From NCBI GenBank assembly GCA_963843145.1, contig CAWJJC010000028.1:704001-768000 (forward strand): a stretch of DNA of 64,000 bases, in the 5' to 3' direction. Position numbers and translations under genes: made by a program. Of this stretch, positions 1-9,532 are shown piece after piece. How positions within the stretch are numbered: the stretch's first letter is position 1; every line of letters begins with the position of its first letter. This DNA comes from an uncultured delta proteobacterium (GTDB taxonomy: Bacteria; Desulfobacterota; RBG-13-43-22). Below the pieces are notes generated by a model that ran no database searches, was not told the DNA's origin, and was given only the letters and a program-made list of their open reading frames with translations.

Positions 1-495
1 CTGGAAGAGGAGGTCGAGGCCGGGCGGTTTCGGCGGGACCTTTTCTATCGTTTGAACGTAATTTCTATCGAAATTCCTCCGCTCCGCGAGCGGTTGGAAG
101 ATATCCCGCTGCTAGCAAATTATTTTTTGAATAAATACGGAGAGTTGAACAATAAAAAAGTCCAAGGGTTTTCTCTTGAGGTCCATCGGGTGTTGAGCGG
201 CTATCACTGGCCCGGCAACGTGCGGGAATTGGAGAATGTCATTGAACGGGCGGTATCGCTGTGTCAGACCGCGACCATTGAGCCCGCCGATCTCCCCCCC
301 CGAATTATTTCCAGCCTGCCCGAGGCCGTGGAACAGGTCACCATTCCCATCGGATCTTCCTTGGAAGAGGCGGAACAGTTGGTTATCGAAAAGACCCTGA
401 TAAAAAACAAGGGCGACAAGAAGTTGACGGCCCGAATGCTGGGGATCAGCTTGTCCAGCCTCTATACTAAGATTGGTCGAAATGCCCCGGTCTAG
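1..495 (+). CDS. Sigma54-dependent (NtrC/Fis family) transcriptional activator, C-terminal part, truncated by the window edge
   Basis: Frame open from base 1: LEEEVEAGRFRRDLFYRLNV...PPLRER...WPGNVRELENVIERA, with a C-terminal Fis-type HTH (ARMLGISLSSLYTKI). Confidence 0.93.
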   Translation: MEEEVEAGRFRRDLFYRLNVISIEIPPLRERLEDIPLLANYFLNKYGELNNKKVQGFSLEVHRVLSGYHWPGNVRELENVIERAVSLCQTATIEPADLPPRIISSLPEAVEQVTIPIGSSLEEAEQLVIEKTLIKNKGDKKLTARMLGISLSSLYTKIGRNAPV

Positions 496-3400
496 CCCGC
501 AAAAATACCGTCCGGGCTCCTCCCGGTCAGGGAATCGAGCGATCGCCGGCCGGCTGTCGGACGGTCATCGTCTTTGTTTCCGGGATCTTTGGAACCACTA
601 CCGGCCCTGGCTGATCGGGTTGGCCTTCAGCGGGGCCGTACTCCTTTATCCCCTGGGGAATACGGAGGCCCAGGGTCCTTCCACCAAGGCCCCCGGCTTC
701 CGAGAGGTCCCGCCCGTTGAAACCAAGGTCAGACAGCTTCCGGGAGATGGATCGTATTCCGTGCCTTTATGGAAACAACACTGGGAGCGCGGTCGAAAAT
801 TTGTATTTCAAAAGGAATACGGGCCGGCGGTTACCGCTTATAAACAAGCATTAGCGCTTAAGCCGAATTTGGACGAGGCCCGATTGGAGTTGGTTCGGTT
901 GCTCGAAACCCTGCAGCGCTACGAAGAAGCGTCCCGGGAACTGGAACTCTTCGTCGAACACCAACCCAATCACCTCAAAGTGCAGCAGGAACTGGGAGAT
1001 CTTTTTTTGCTGCGGAAGGAATATCGTCGGGCGGCGGAATGGTATCAGCGGGTTCTGCTGAAGGATCCGGAAAACCTGAAGGTCCGTTTGTCGTTGGCCG
1101 GTGCTTTCTTTCAGATCGGAGAAATGGAGAAAGCCCTCTTGGAGTGGCGCCAGGTTCTCATCCGGGACCCGCAGAACCTGGAGGCGCGGATGAATTTGGC
1201 GGAGGGGTTGCGGGTTACCCGCCGGCTGGATGAAGCGATATCGATCTTCGAGGGCCTGGTCAAGTCGGTTCCCAAACAACCGGGTTTAAAAAAGAAATTA
1301 GCCCAGGCCCTGGTGGCGGCCCAACGAAATAAGGAAGCCCTTCCTTATCTGCAGGAAATTAACCGGTCCGACCCTAACGATCTGGAAGTCCAATTGTTAT
1401 TGGCCCGGGTTTTAGCGGCCGGAAAGAATTATGACCAATCGTTACCCTACCTGGAAACGTATTTGAAGAAAAAACCGGAAAACACGGCGGCCCTGCTGGA
1501 AAAAGCCCGAGTTCTATTAAACCAGGGACAAGTCAATCAGGCCCTGGATATCTTTCGACAGGTCAGGAAACTATCTCCCGATGACGTCAAAATCCAGCAA
1601 GAGATCGCCGAAGCCTATTTCGCGGCCGGCAAATATCCCGAGGCTCTGGAGGAGTTTCAGGCCCTAGGACGCCGGTTACCGGAAGATTATCAGGTCCAGG
1701 AAAAATTGGGCTATCTTTTTTTGCAGACGAAGCGCTATCCTCAGGCCGTTGCGGCTTATGAGGCCGTTCTGGCCCTGGAGCCGAATTATGTTTACGCCCA
1801 ACTGGGTCTGGCTCGGGCCTACAATCTTTCCGGCCAAAAAGAAAAGGCCGTTCCTTATTATCAACGCCTGTTGAAAAACAGGGAAAATCCGGAAATCAAA
1901 ATGGAACTGGCCTCCTTATTGATCGAAATGCAGCATTTTAAAGAGGCTTTTGAGATTTATGAGGGACTCCTCCGTGAAAATCCCAGCCTCTGGGAGGTCC
2001 GTTATCGCTGGGCGACGGCCCTCTATCGTTTGAAGGAGTTTCGACAGGCGAACGGCCAGTTGGAAAAATTGATTCAGGATCAACCGAATCACTCCGGCGT
2101 CTGGAGCTTGTACGGCGATAACGCCCTCGAGTGGGGAAACTATCGGGAAGCCCGGCGGGCGTTTCAGAAGGTATTATTGCTGGGTGAGGATGTGGGAAAC
2201 GTTTTGATCCGCCTGGGGGAAGTTTTCCGGCTGCAGGGACAGCCTTTTAAGGGGGCCAATTATTTGGATTGGGCCCTGACGCTGAAACCGGATGATCAGG
2301 AAATCCTAGTCCAAAAGGCTTTGGCCTTTATTGACGGCGGCAATTATGCTCAGGCTCAAAATCTGATTCGGCCCTTGTTGCTCAAAAATCCACGCTCGCT
2401 GTCCCTGAATCGGGTACAGGGGCGCTGGCTGATGGCCTTGGAGCGTAATGAGGAGTTTGAGCATCTTTCCCGTCATCTGGAGCAATCCTTTCCGGCGGAG
2501 CAGGCCCTTATTTTTCAAGACCGGGCCGATTACTTCGAGAGAAAAAAACAGGTGGGGCCGGCCCTGACCGCGCTGCGGGCCGCCCGGCTCCTAAAGCCCG
2601 ACGATCTGCAGATTCTTCGCCACCTGGGGCGTCTTTTGATCGAAAATCGGCGGTGGGCCGAAGCCGAAGGGTTTTATCAAGGCCTGATCACTGAAAAAAT
2701 CCTCTTGGCGGAAGCCCATCTCCGGCTGGCCTGGATTAAAAGGCATCAGGGAAAACCGGTTCAGGCCATTGAGCACTTATGGAGGGCGCTGGCCCAGGAT
2801 CCTGACTCGATCGAAGCCCGTTTTGGGTTGTGGCGCCTCCAGATTCGGAAGGAGGGGGGGGATGGTGCTTCCAAGATTGAAGAAAACCTTTGGGAATTTG
2901 CCAGGTCCCGAGAAAGGGGATTGCTGGAACTAGCCCAGCAGTTGGCGTCGGCGGAACAATGGGAGCCGGCCTTAGCCGCCTTTCGTGAAATCATCGAAAA
3001 AGGGGAGAAGGATGAAGTTATCCTGGCGGCCCTGAAGACGGCCGATTACCGGCTTTCCAGAGAAGAATATGAAACCGCCCAGGTCTTTCTGGATGCGGTT
3101 CAAAAAAGGTTTCCCCGAAATCAAAAAATTACCCGCAAGTTGATCCAGGCCGACAGCTTAAATAAATCGTTCGGCGAGGCCATTCAGGCGATTGATGGGT
3201 TATTGAGAACAGAGGATCCCCTGGACCCGGTGTTACATATTAGAAAAGCACGCCTTTTGGAAAAATGGAACAAACACAGCGCTTCCCAACGGACCTATGC
3301 CTTTTTACTTACCCCCCCGGTGGATCAACTTTTAAGGAAAAAAATCCACCAAGAGCAATGGCCGGAAGTCATTTCCGGGGCCGAATCGTTAAAGGCTTTA

Positions 3401-3694
3401 TTGGCAGAACCTCCTACCCAAACCATCTATCGATTTTACGAGGAATGGGTAAAAGGCCTGGAAACGGCAAACCTGGATTCCGGCCTGCTATCTCGAATCC
3501 GTGAATTTGTCGATGGCCTCCAAGCCAGGGCGTTGATCCAAAAAAAGGTTTTTTTGGAAATGGAAGGGAAAGACCGATTGCATCGGGGTCAATATCTGTC
3601 GGCCAGGGATATTCTGGGAACCCTCAAATTAATAGACCCGGAAAACGAAGAAGTGGACAGCGATCTGGATCGGAGTTACCGCCTTCAACCTTGA
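482..3694 (+). CDS. Large TPR-repeat protein with an N-terminal hydrophobic (signal/TM) segment
   Basis: About 1070 aa of tandem TPR motifs (A..Y..AL.L.P.N); hydrophobic stretch WLIGLAFSGAVLLYPL; start could be 473 or 482. Confidence 0.85.
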   Translation: MPRSSPQKYRPGSSRSGNRAIAGRLSDGHRLCFRDLWNHYRPWLIGLAFSGAVLLYPLGNTEAQGPSTKAPGFREVPPVETKVRQLPGDGSYSVPLWKQHWERGRKFVFQKEYGPAVTAYKQALALKPNLDEARLELVRLLETLQRYEEASRELELFVEHQPNHLKVQQELGDLFLLRKEYRRAAEWYQRVLLKDPENLKVRLSLAGAFFQIGEMEKALLEWRQVLIRDPQNLEARMNLAEGLRVTRRLDEAISIFEGLVKSVPKQPGLKKKLAQALVAAQRNKEALPYLQEINRSDPNDLEVQLLLARVLAAGKNYDQSLPYLETYLKKKPENTAALLEKARVLLNQGQVNQALDIFRQVRKLSPDDVKIQQEIAEAYFAAGKYPEALEEFQALGRRLPEDYQVQEKLGYLFLQTKRYPQAVAAYEAVLALEPNYVYAQLGLARAYNLSGQKEKAVPYYQRLLKNRENPEIKMELASLLIEMQHFKEAFEIYEGLLRENPSLWEVRYRWATALYRLKEFRQANGQLEKLIQDQPNHSGVWSLYGDNALEWGNYREARRAFQKVLLLGEDVGNVLIRLGEVFRLQGQPFKGANYLDWALTLKPDDQEILVQKALAFIDGGNYAQAQNLIRPLLLKNPRSLSLNRVQGRWLMALERNEEFEHLSRHLEQSFPAEQALIFQDRADYFERKKQVGPALTALRAARLLKPDDLQILRHLGRLLIENRRWAEAEGFYQGLITEKILLAEAHLRLAWIKRHQGKPVQAIEHLWRALAQDPDSIEARFGLWRLQIRKEGGDGASKIEENLWEFARSRERGLLELAQQLASAEQWEPALAAFREIIEKGEKDEVILAALKTADYRLSREEYETAQVFLDAVQKRFPRNQKITRKLIQADSLNKSFGEAIQAIDGLLRTEDPLDPVLHIRKARLLEKWNKHSASQRTYAFLLTPPVDQLLRKKIHQEQWPEVISGAESLKALLAEPPTQTIYRFYEEWVKGLETANLDSGLLSRIREFVDGLQARALIQKKVFLEMEGKDRLHRGQYLSARDILGTLKLIDPENEEVDSDLDRSYRLQP

Positions 3695-3710
3695 TCGCTT
3701 TTCTTATAGC

Positions 3711-3740
3711 TTGACAATCGGAAGGTTCTTGTTCTAATTT
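3711..3740 (+). promoter_or_regulatory. Putative sigma70 promoter
   Basis: TTGACA at 3711, then an 18-nt spacer and TAATTT, upstream of the ATG at 3775. Confidence 0.45.
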
Positions 3741-3774
3741 ATTGGTCAAATCAGCAATAATTTAATGTGGTATT

Positions 3775-4173
3775 ATGGCCTATCTGGATTATCAGTCCTT
3801 GTTTACTGCGGAAGTTCTGCAGAAATTGTTGCCCCTCCAACGAGCGGATCAATTTTTTCAAGCCCTCTATGGGGGGCTGGAAGAAGGGGCCTACGATATT
3901 CGCCTGGTTTTTAAACGCCATGATCCCGGCCTCAATTCTCTGGAGTTCGAATTGGAACTCCAGGAGCGCCCCGGTAAGTGTCTGGCCTGCAATCTGACTT
4001 ACGGACTTCCCCAGGTATTTTCCCGCCATCCGGTACTCGATTTAAAGGGAGTGACCCGGGAGATAGAAAAAGTTCTCCAGGGAAAGGCTCGCTGTCGGAA
4101 CTGGTCGCTGGGCAAGACAAATCCGCGGACCCAAACGCTGCACGTCATCCCCTTTATTCTCACCTTAGAATAA
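3775..4173 (+). CDS. Conserved hypothetical protein with a CxxC motif
   Basis: 132-aa ORF with EEGAYDI and PGKCLACNLTYGLP motifs; resembles a Desulfobacterota-type uncharacterised family. Confidence 0.7.
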   Translation: MAYLDYQSLFTAEVLQKLLPLQRADQFFQALYGGLEEGAYDIRLVFKRHDPGLNSLEFELELQERPGKCLACNLTYGLPQVFSRHPVLDLKGVTREIEKVLQGKARCRNWSLGKTNPRTQTLHVIPFILTLE

Positions 4174-4294
4174 CAATTTTTTTTCCGGTCGGCCAATTTT
4201 TGTTAGGCGGCGGGTCTCCCCAGACCAGCTTGTTCTTTTCATCTTTATAACCTATTGAAATTAAAGTATTAAATAATTACCTCTTTGGGCGCCT

Positions 4295-4311
4295 TTGGTA
4301 TTGTTCTTGCT
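4295..4311 (+). promoter_or_regulatory. Sigma54 -24/-12 promoter with an upstream AT-rich IHF-like tract
   Basis: TTGGTATTGTTCTTGCT: GG at 4297-98 and GC at 4309-10 with exact N10 spacing; TAACCTATTGAAATTA around 4248-4263. Confidence 0.6.
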
Positions 4312-4418
4312 GTATGTCCTAGAGAACACCTCAGGATTCTTGCAGGGCAGGAAAAATTATTTAAACCAGCAGGTTTATTTTTTTAAATTCATGCCGATAG
4401 AGGGGGATAGGAACTATA

Positions 4419-4961
4419 ATGATGGGTCAGGAGAATACCTTGGGATCCAGAAACACGGCAAGTTCGGAAAAAATAAGTATCGTCAGGAGAAGGCTGCAAA
4501 ATAATGATCCCGATGTCGGCTGGGGTAAAGGACTTCAAATCAAACTGGAAGATCGGACAGGAGTTAAGGAAATGGCTCTTAATCTCGATATAGCGCCGGG
4601 GGATTCCAAATTCATTCCGCTGGAAAACTTGGGGCAGGAACCCTTAAAGGTGCTGCAGGGTATCGCCGTGGAACGCCCGGTGATTGAAAACGGTAAGATC
4701 GTCTTTAATTTCCGGCTGAAAACCGACGATACCCTGAAAATGCTGACCATGACCCAGGTTGGGCAAATGCTGCAAATCAGCAAGAGTTTCTTGGTTCGAT
4801 TGGTGAAAGCCAAAAAAATAAGAAGCTACAAGTTTGGCCGCCTACGGCGATTTCTGCTAACCGACGTGATCGACTATTTGAGTTTCAGCCAAGATCAGGA
4901 CCTTTCGTCAAAAAAAATCAAACTCAACGGCAAGGGATATATTTCCAGGCTTGACCACTAA
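4419..4961 (+). CDS. Protein with a C-terminal excisionase-like HTH (HTH_17) DNA-binding domain
   Basis: MLTMTQVGQMLQISKSFLVRLVKAKKIRSYKFGRLRRF fits the xis-like HTH pattern; start uncertain (4419 or 4571). Confidence 0.75.
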   Translation: MMGQENTLGSRNTASSEKISIVRRRLQNNDPDVGWGKGLQIKLEDRTGVKEMALNLDIAPGDSKFIPLENLGQEPLKVLQGIAVERPVIENGKIVFNFRLKTDDTLKMLTMTQVGQMLQISKSFLVRLVKAKKIRSYKFGRLRRFLLTDVIDYLSFSQDQDLSSKKIKLNGKGYISRLDH

Positions 4962-4985
4962 AGCCCGGCCAAAAGGAGGAGCATT

Positions 4986-6386
4986 ATGTATTATGAATAT
5001 TGGGGCCTCAATAAACCACCCTTTGATAATGTCCCGGACCCTTCCATGTATGTGGATTGCCACCCGTCCATGGAAAGCGCACTGGCCGAATCCTTATTCG
5101 CCATTGAGGAGGGGAATGAGTGCCTGGCGGTGATTATCGGAGATGTGGGCTTGGGCAAGACCTTGTCGCTGCGAATGATCATCGACGCGCTGGATCAGGA
5201 GAAATATAAGATCGTTTTGGTTACCAACCCCAGCATCTCTTTCACCCAACTCATGCAGGAGTTGATCGGCCAGTTGACCGGGAGCCAATGTCTGGAAAAA
5301 AGAAAAGCCGTGCTCTTGGAGCGGTTCAACAAGATTATCTTTGAAACTATGGATGAGGGTAAAAAGGTGGTCTTGCTCATCGATGAAGCCAACGCCATGC
5401 CCTCCGCCAGTCTGGAGAATCTACGTCTCCTGACCAATATGCAGGACGATCAACGGAATCTGTTCACCATGGTTCTGGCCGGTCAGATGGAACTGGCCCG
5501 CCGATTGGAACACCCCAAAAGGCTTAATCTTTTCCAGCGGATTGGAACGTACAGCCATATCGAAAAGATTCAGACCGAAGAATTGGTCAAGGCCTACGTG
5601 GAGAAGCGGATAGCCCTGGCCGGTGGAACCCGGCCGGTCTTTTCAGAAGACGCCTTTCCTTTTATCTGGGAGCATTCCGCTCATGGTGTACCTCGGTTGA
5701 TCAATAAGATGTGCAAGCTGAGTATCAAGGCGGGGGAGACCAACGGCTTTGATCGTATCTCCGGGGAACTGATTCATCAAATCGGACAGCGGTTTGTCAG
5801 CATGACCGCTCCGGTGGCCCCGAAAAGAAAATCCAGAAAAAAAGCAGAGGAAAAAAAGACCGCCCCGAAGGAAAAGGCCGACCTCCGGTCTGCCGAGCCT
5901 GAATTGCTGAGCGGGGTGCCGGAGTTGGAGCAGGTGGCCGTCCCTCTAATGATTGGAACCACTGAGCCGGAGCAGGCTGCCGTTCCTCTGACGTTTGAAA
6001 CCAGTGAGCCGAAGCTAGAAGTAAAGAGCGCTCCGCCTCTGGAACTGATGACAGAACCCGCAGAAGCGGAGGTTGCTCACCCGGCGCCGGAATCTGAACC
6101 GAAACTGGAAGCGGAACCCGTCATCCCGGTCGAACCCCTTCCGGAAGAACTGGAAATCGGGGAGGTCAAAATCAGCCTGAACATCCATCCCGATTTACTC
6201 GCCGAAGCCAAGACGGGGACGGAGGAATTCCGGGTGAAGCTGGCGGGGGTACTGGCCGCCCAGGCGCTTAAAAAATATCCTGAATTAACCGCCTCTCCCG
6301 CGGTGGACCCGGTGAATATTTGGAGCGAAATCCGGGGGCATGTGCTGAAAAAGTTTGACCATCTCCATCAGCAGATCGCAGCTTAG
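4986..6386 (+). CDS. ExeA/GspA-family AAA ATPase with an acidic Pro/Glu-rich C-terminal extension
   Basis: MYYEYWGL..PF...PDP start, Walker A GDVGLGKT, Walker B LLIDEA, LAGQ and GVPRLIN motifs; GGAGG RBS. Confidence 0.9.
   Translation: MYYEYWGLNKPPFDNVPDPSMYVDCHPSMESALAESLFAIEEGNECLAVIIGDVGLGKTLSLRMIIDALDQEKYKIVLVTNPSISFTQLMQELIGQLTGSQCLEKRKAVLLERFNKIIFETMDEGKKVVLLIDEANAMPSASLENLRLLTNMQDDQRNLFTMVLAGQMELARRLEHPKRLNLFQRIGTYSHIEKIQTEELVKAYVEKRIALAGGTRPVFSEDAFPFIWEHSAHGVPRLINKMCKLSIKAGETNGFDRISGELIHQIGQRFVSMTAPVAPKRKSRKKAEEKKTAPKEKADLRSAEPELLSGVPELEQVAVPLMIGTTEPEQAAVPLTFETSEPKLEVKSAPPLELMTEPAEAEVAHPAPESEPKLEAEPVIPVEPLPEELEIGEVKISLNIHPDLLAEAKTGTEEFRVKLAGVLAAQALKKYPELTASPAVDPVNIWSEIRGHVLKKFDHLHQQIAA
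5922..6017 (+). repeat. Degenerate 42-nt (14-aa) intragenic tandem repeat
   Basis: ELEQVAVPLMIGTT / EPEQAAVPLTFETS / EPKL in the ExeA linker. Confidence 0.6.
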
Positions 6387-6415
6387 AAGGAGGCTCTCCG
6401 TAAGACCGGAACTCC

Positions 6416-7099
6416 ATGGACCAAAACATTCTGGCTCAAGAATGGTTTAAAAAGGGTTGCCATTGCGATCGGGATCCTGAAAATGCCCGCCAGGCCGTGG
6501 CGGCCTTTGAACAATGTTTGCGTTTGGACAGCCGCTTCGTCCCGGCCTATGTGAACCTGGGATTCATTCACCTCGAACAGGAGGATTTTGAGGCGGCCCG
6601 GGATTGCTTTCAAAAAGTCGTTCAACTGAAACCGAACGAACCCGAAGGCTATAACAATCTGGGTTTTGTCTATGAAAAAATGTCTCTGCTGAACAGTGCC
6701 AAACAGATGTACGAACAAGCGTTGCAGTTAGAAGCCGGAAATACTGAAGCCCTGATTAATCTGGCCCAGGTCCTGGAAAAGGAAGGGGATTATCATCAGG
6801 CCGTCGCCTATTATCAACAGGCCATTCGACTCCATCCCCAGGCGGTGGCCCCTCATTTCTGTCTGGCCACCCTCTATGACCGGCACGATATGTTTGATGA
6901 AGCCGAGAAAGAATACCAGGAGGTCTTGAAGGGCGATCCTTTGCATATTAAAGGCTTGTACAACCTGGGAAATCTGTATATCCAACTCGGTCAAGGTGGA
7001 AAGGCCATCGAACTCTTTCAGCGTTTGCTGCGATTGGAATCGCTGGGCTACGAGGAAGTCGATCGATTCAGCGCCCGACATTATGAACCCGTGCGATAG
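6416..7099 (+). CDS. TPR-repeat protein
   Basis: Tandem TPRs (AYVNLGF, GYNNLGFVY, ALINLA, GLYNLGNLY). Confidence 0.88.
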   Translation: MDQNILAQEWFKKGCHCDRDPENARQAVAAFEQCLRLDSRFVPAYVNLGFIHLEQEDFEAARDCFQKVVQLKPNEPEGYNNLGFVYEKMSLLNSAKQMYEQALQLEAGNTEALINLAQVLEKEGDYHQAVAYYQQAIRLHPQAVAPHFCLATLYDRHDMFDEAEKEYQEVLKGDPLHIKGLYNLGNLYIQLGQGGKAIELFQRLLRLESLGYEEVDRFSARHYEPVR

Positions 7100-7528
7100 G
7101 ATTCGGACGGCCGAAGCTTGAAACCGGGTCAGCCGGATCAGCCTGGGCGGTATGGCTCGACTCACTCGTTAACACTATTAAATTGACCTTTTAGACCCGC
7201 TGCAGTTTTCTCCCTATCCCCTAGAAACGGAATATCTTTAAGCGCTTCGAATCAATTCAATCCGGGCATGGGGACCGCTTTTTCTTTCCCGGAATTCATC
7301 TTTCCTTTAAAGATTTCGGCAAAATCCTTTTTAATCGGCGGAGGGGCGGTTCGAATGCCGGGTTTATCCTGAGGGGTTGGAACGGCTCCGGCCGTGGAAG
7401 TGGCCGGTTGGAGAAGCAACGGCAGGCAGAGGGGCATCCCCATCCCCAATGGCGATAGACACCCGAAGGCAATACCTGCTATAATTTACTCTCCTTGGGA
7501 ATTAACACGGTACTTTAGGAGAATACCC

Positions 7529-8605
7529 ATGAACCAGAAAAAGATTTCGGAGCCTGCTCATTCCAGTCTTTGCCGTCGAACCTTCATGAAACTCCTCGCT
7601 CAAGGTGCCATCGGCTTGGGGTTTGGGGTCCTGGTGTTTGACCGGGGGCTTGCTTTTTCAGCCGCGGCAGATGAAGATGAAGCCCATCGCCTGCTAATGC
7701 AGGGAACAAAAGACTTTAAGGGGGTCAAGGTCGCCGAGATCACCCCCAACGACATGTTCTATCTCACCACCTATGATGGATATCCCGAGGTTCGGTTGGA
7801 TGGTTTTTCCCTTCAAATCGAAGGATTGGTAAAAAAGCCCCTGAACCTCACGATGGACGAGTTAAAAAAGATGTCGGACAAGACCGAGAGCGTAACCCTG
7901 GCCTGCATTGGCAACCCGGTGGGCGGTGATGCTATCGGAAACGCGGTTTGGGAAGGCGTCTCTCTAAAAAAAATCCTGGAACTGGCAGAACCAAAACCGG
8001 GTATCCTGAAGGCCGTTTTCTACGCCGCCGAAGGTTATACCGATAGCATTCCCTATGGGCTGGCTTCGGGCGGGGACGTCTTTCTGGCTTATAACATGAA
8101 TGGTGAGCCGTTACCCCAAAAGCACGGTTTTCCTCTCCGGGCGATTGTTCCCGGAATCTATGGAATGAAAAACGTGAAGTGGCTGCAAAAAATCGAACTG
8201 GTTAATTTTGATTTTCGAGGCTATTGGGAGAAACGGGGCTGGTCGGATACAGCGGAGATCCTGACCCTTTCCCAGATATTAATGCCCATGTCGGGTCAAA
8301 GCCTGCCGGCCGGAACACACATTTTAGGGGGGATTGCCTATGCCGGTACCCGGGGGGTGCAGCGGGTGGAAATCTCTACAGACAACGCCAAAACGTGGCA
8401 TCCTGCGGAGTTGAAGCCGCCTCTTTCGAATTTTGCCTGGACCATCTGGCGCTACGAATGGAAGGCCGTCCGAAAAGGCAGTTACAAATTGCGGGTGCGC
8501 GCCACTGACGGAAAGGGGCAGATCCAGGAATCCGCTGGTTTCTTCGCCCGTTCCTATCCCAGCGGTTCCAAGGGTATTCATGAAATCAAGGTCAGCTTAG
8601 TATGA
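7529..8605 (+). CDS. Tat-exported sulfite-oxidase-family molybdopterin oxidoreductase with dimerisation domain
   Basis: Twin-arginine CRRTFMK; TLACIGN Mo-Cys; GNAVWEGV; MNGEPLP..HGFPLR..VPG.YGMKNVKWL; GYWEKRGW; VRATD. Confidence 0.9.
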   Translation: MNQKKISEPAHSSLCRRTFMKLLAQGAIGLGFGVLVFDRGLAFSAAADEDEAHRLLMQGTKDFKGVKVAEITPNDMFYLTTYDGYPEVRLDGFSLQIEGLVKKPLNLTMDELKKMSDKTESVTLACIGNPVGGDAIGNAVWEGVSLKKILELAEPKPGILKAVFYAAEGYTDSIPYGLASGGDVFLAYNMNGEPLPQKHGFPLRAIVPGIYGMKNVKWLQKIELVNFDFRGYWEKRGWSDTAEILTLSQILMPMSGQSLPAGTHILGGIAYAGTRGVQRVEISTDNAKTWHPAELKPPLSNFAWTIWRYEWKAVRKGSYKLRVRATDGKGQIQESAGFFARSYPSGSKGIHEIKVSLV

Positions 8606-8817
8606 ATTTTTTGACTGTAACGTTAAAGTTGGTCACTGCGCCGGCCTCGATGACCCGGCTGAGCGGCATGACCTCCAGGAAGGACAACTCGTCGGCCCCG
8701 ATGTCAGACAGGGCACCGGCTGGTATTTTGATCGGCAAAAATAGGTCTGAGGGGAGAAAGAGGCGGCGGCGATCGATATACCCAAAAAGATCAAACGCAG
8801 GACTTTGATTCGAGCGA

Positions 8818-9081
8818 TCATTCGGGTGAGTCGATTTCGTCCAGGGGAACCTCGAACCGGGCGTTCTTCTCAAACAGATCTTCCGCAATGGCCCGGGCCG
8901 CTTCCAGCGAGGCTTCATCCACCATGAGGGTGGCCCACCCCTTCTGGCCGATGAACAACCCGTCATAGGCCGTATCTTTATATTCCCGCAGGAGAAAAGG
9001 GATGCCCTCCTTCTCCAGGGAATCGGTCAACAGGTCGGCCTGAAAGCGGTTGTCCAAGGTGATCACTTTTTTCCAGTTCAT
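8818..9081 (-). CDS. DUF2007-like putative signal-transducing protein
   Basis: NRFQADLL...LEKEGIP...DTAYDGLF..QKGW..LMV pattern; GGAGG RBS. Confidence 0.75.
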   Translation of the reverse strand: MNWKKVITLDNRFQADLLTDSLEKEGIPFLLREYKDTAYDGLFIGQKGWATLMVDEASLEAARAIAEDLFEKNARFEVPLDEIDSPE

Positions 9082-9140
9082 ACTAACCCCTCCATTGTTC
9101 ACACCTGCCTCTGAGCAACTAGGCTTGGTCCCTTGCCTGC

Positions 9141-9169
9141 CGTCACCCTGAGTGAAACGAAGGGTCTCG
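9141..9169. repeat. REP-like small palindrome (GTCAyCCTGAGnGAAnCGAAGGnTCT type)
   Basis: CGTCACCCTGAGTGAAACGAAGGGTCTCG with an ACCCT/AGGGT stem, intergenic. Confidence 0.5.
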
Positions 9170-9532
9170 CTTTTCGGCCCAGGGTAGACTCTGCATTCAT
9201 TTCCGCAATTATATTACAACAAAGAAATTAACTTATCAAGGTCCCTGGAGAACGCGAATGAGGCTTCCCCCTTTGGGGTGGGGACCCCCTATCCGGTTTG
9301 GCCGCGGACCTGCGGAGAAAGAGTTTTTCACGGTACTCAGAACTTCATAGATGGCTAAAAAATCAATTGGCAGGAAGCTATTAATTCTTTATAATCAACA
9401 GAAATCATCGATTGGCAGTCCCCCAGCGATTACAATACAGGGCCTTTAATCCCAACACCCTGGCTCTTCCAGTCCACCGACGCGGGCGCGCAGACACCAG
9501 CCGTTGAGCTTCACTTTAGATGAGAACCTGAA

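Noticed and set aside
4419-4961. Prophage excisionase
   Set aside because: No integrase or phage genes nearby; treated as a generic HTH_17 regulator
7252-7449. 65-aa minus-strand ORF
   Set aside because: No recognisable motif or clear RBS; cannot be supported without a homology search
8633-8821. Cys-rich small selenoprotein ending at TGA
   Set aside because: Read-through adds only a short unremarkable tail and gives no redox motif; more likely a broken gene
9240-9532. Fluoride riboswitch upstream of the CLC gene
   Set aside because: No recognisable crcB-motif consensus
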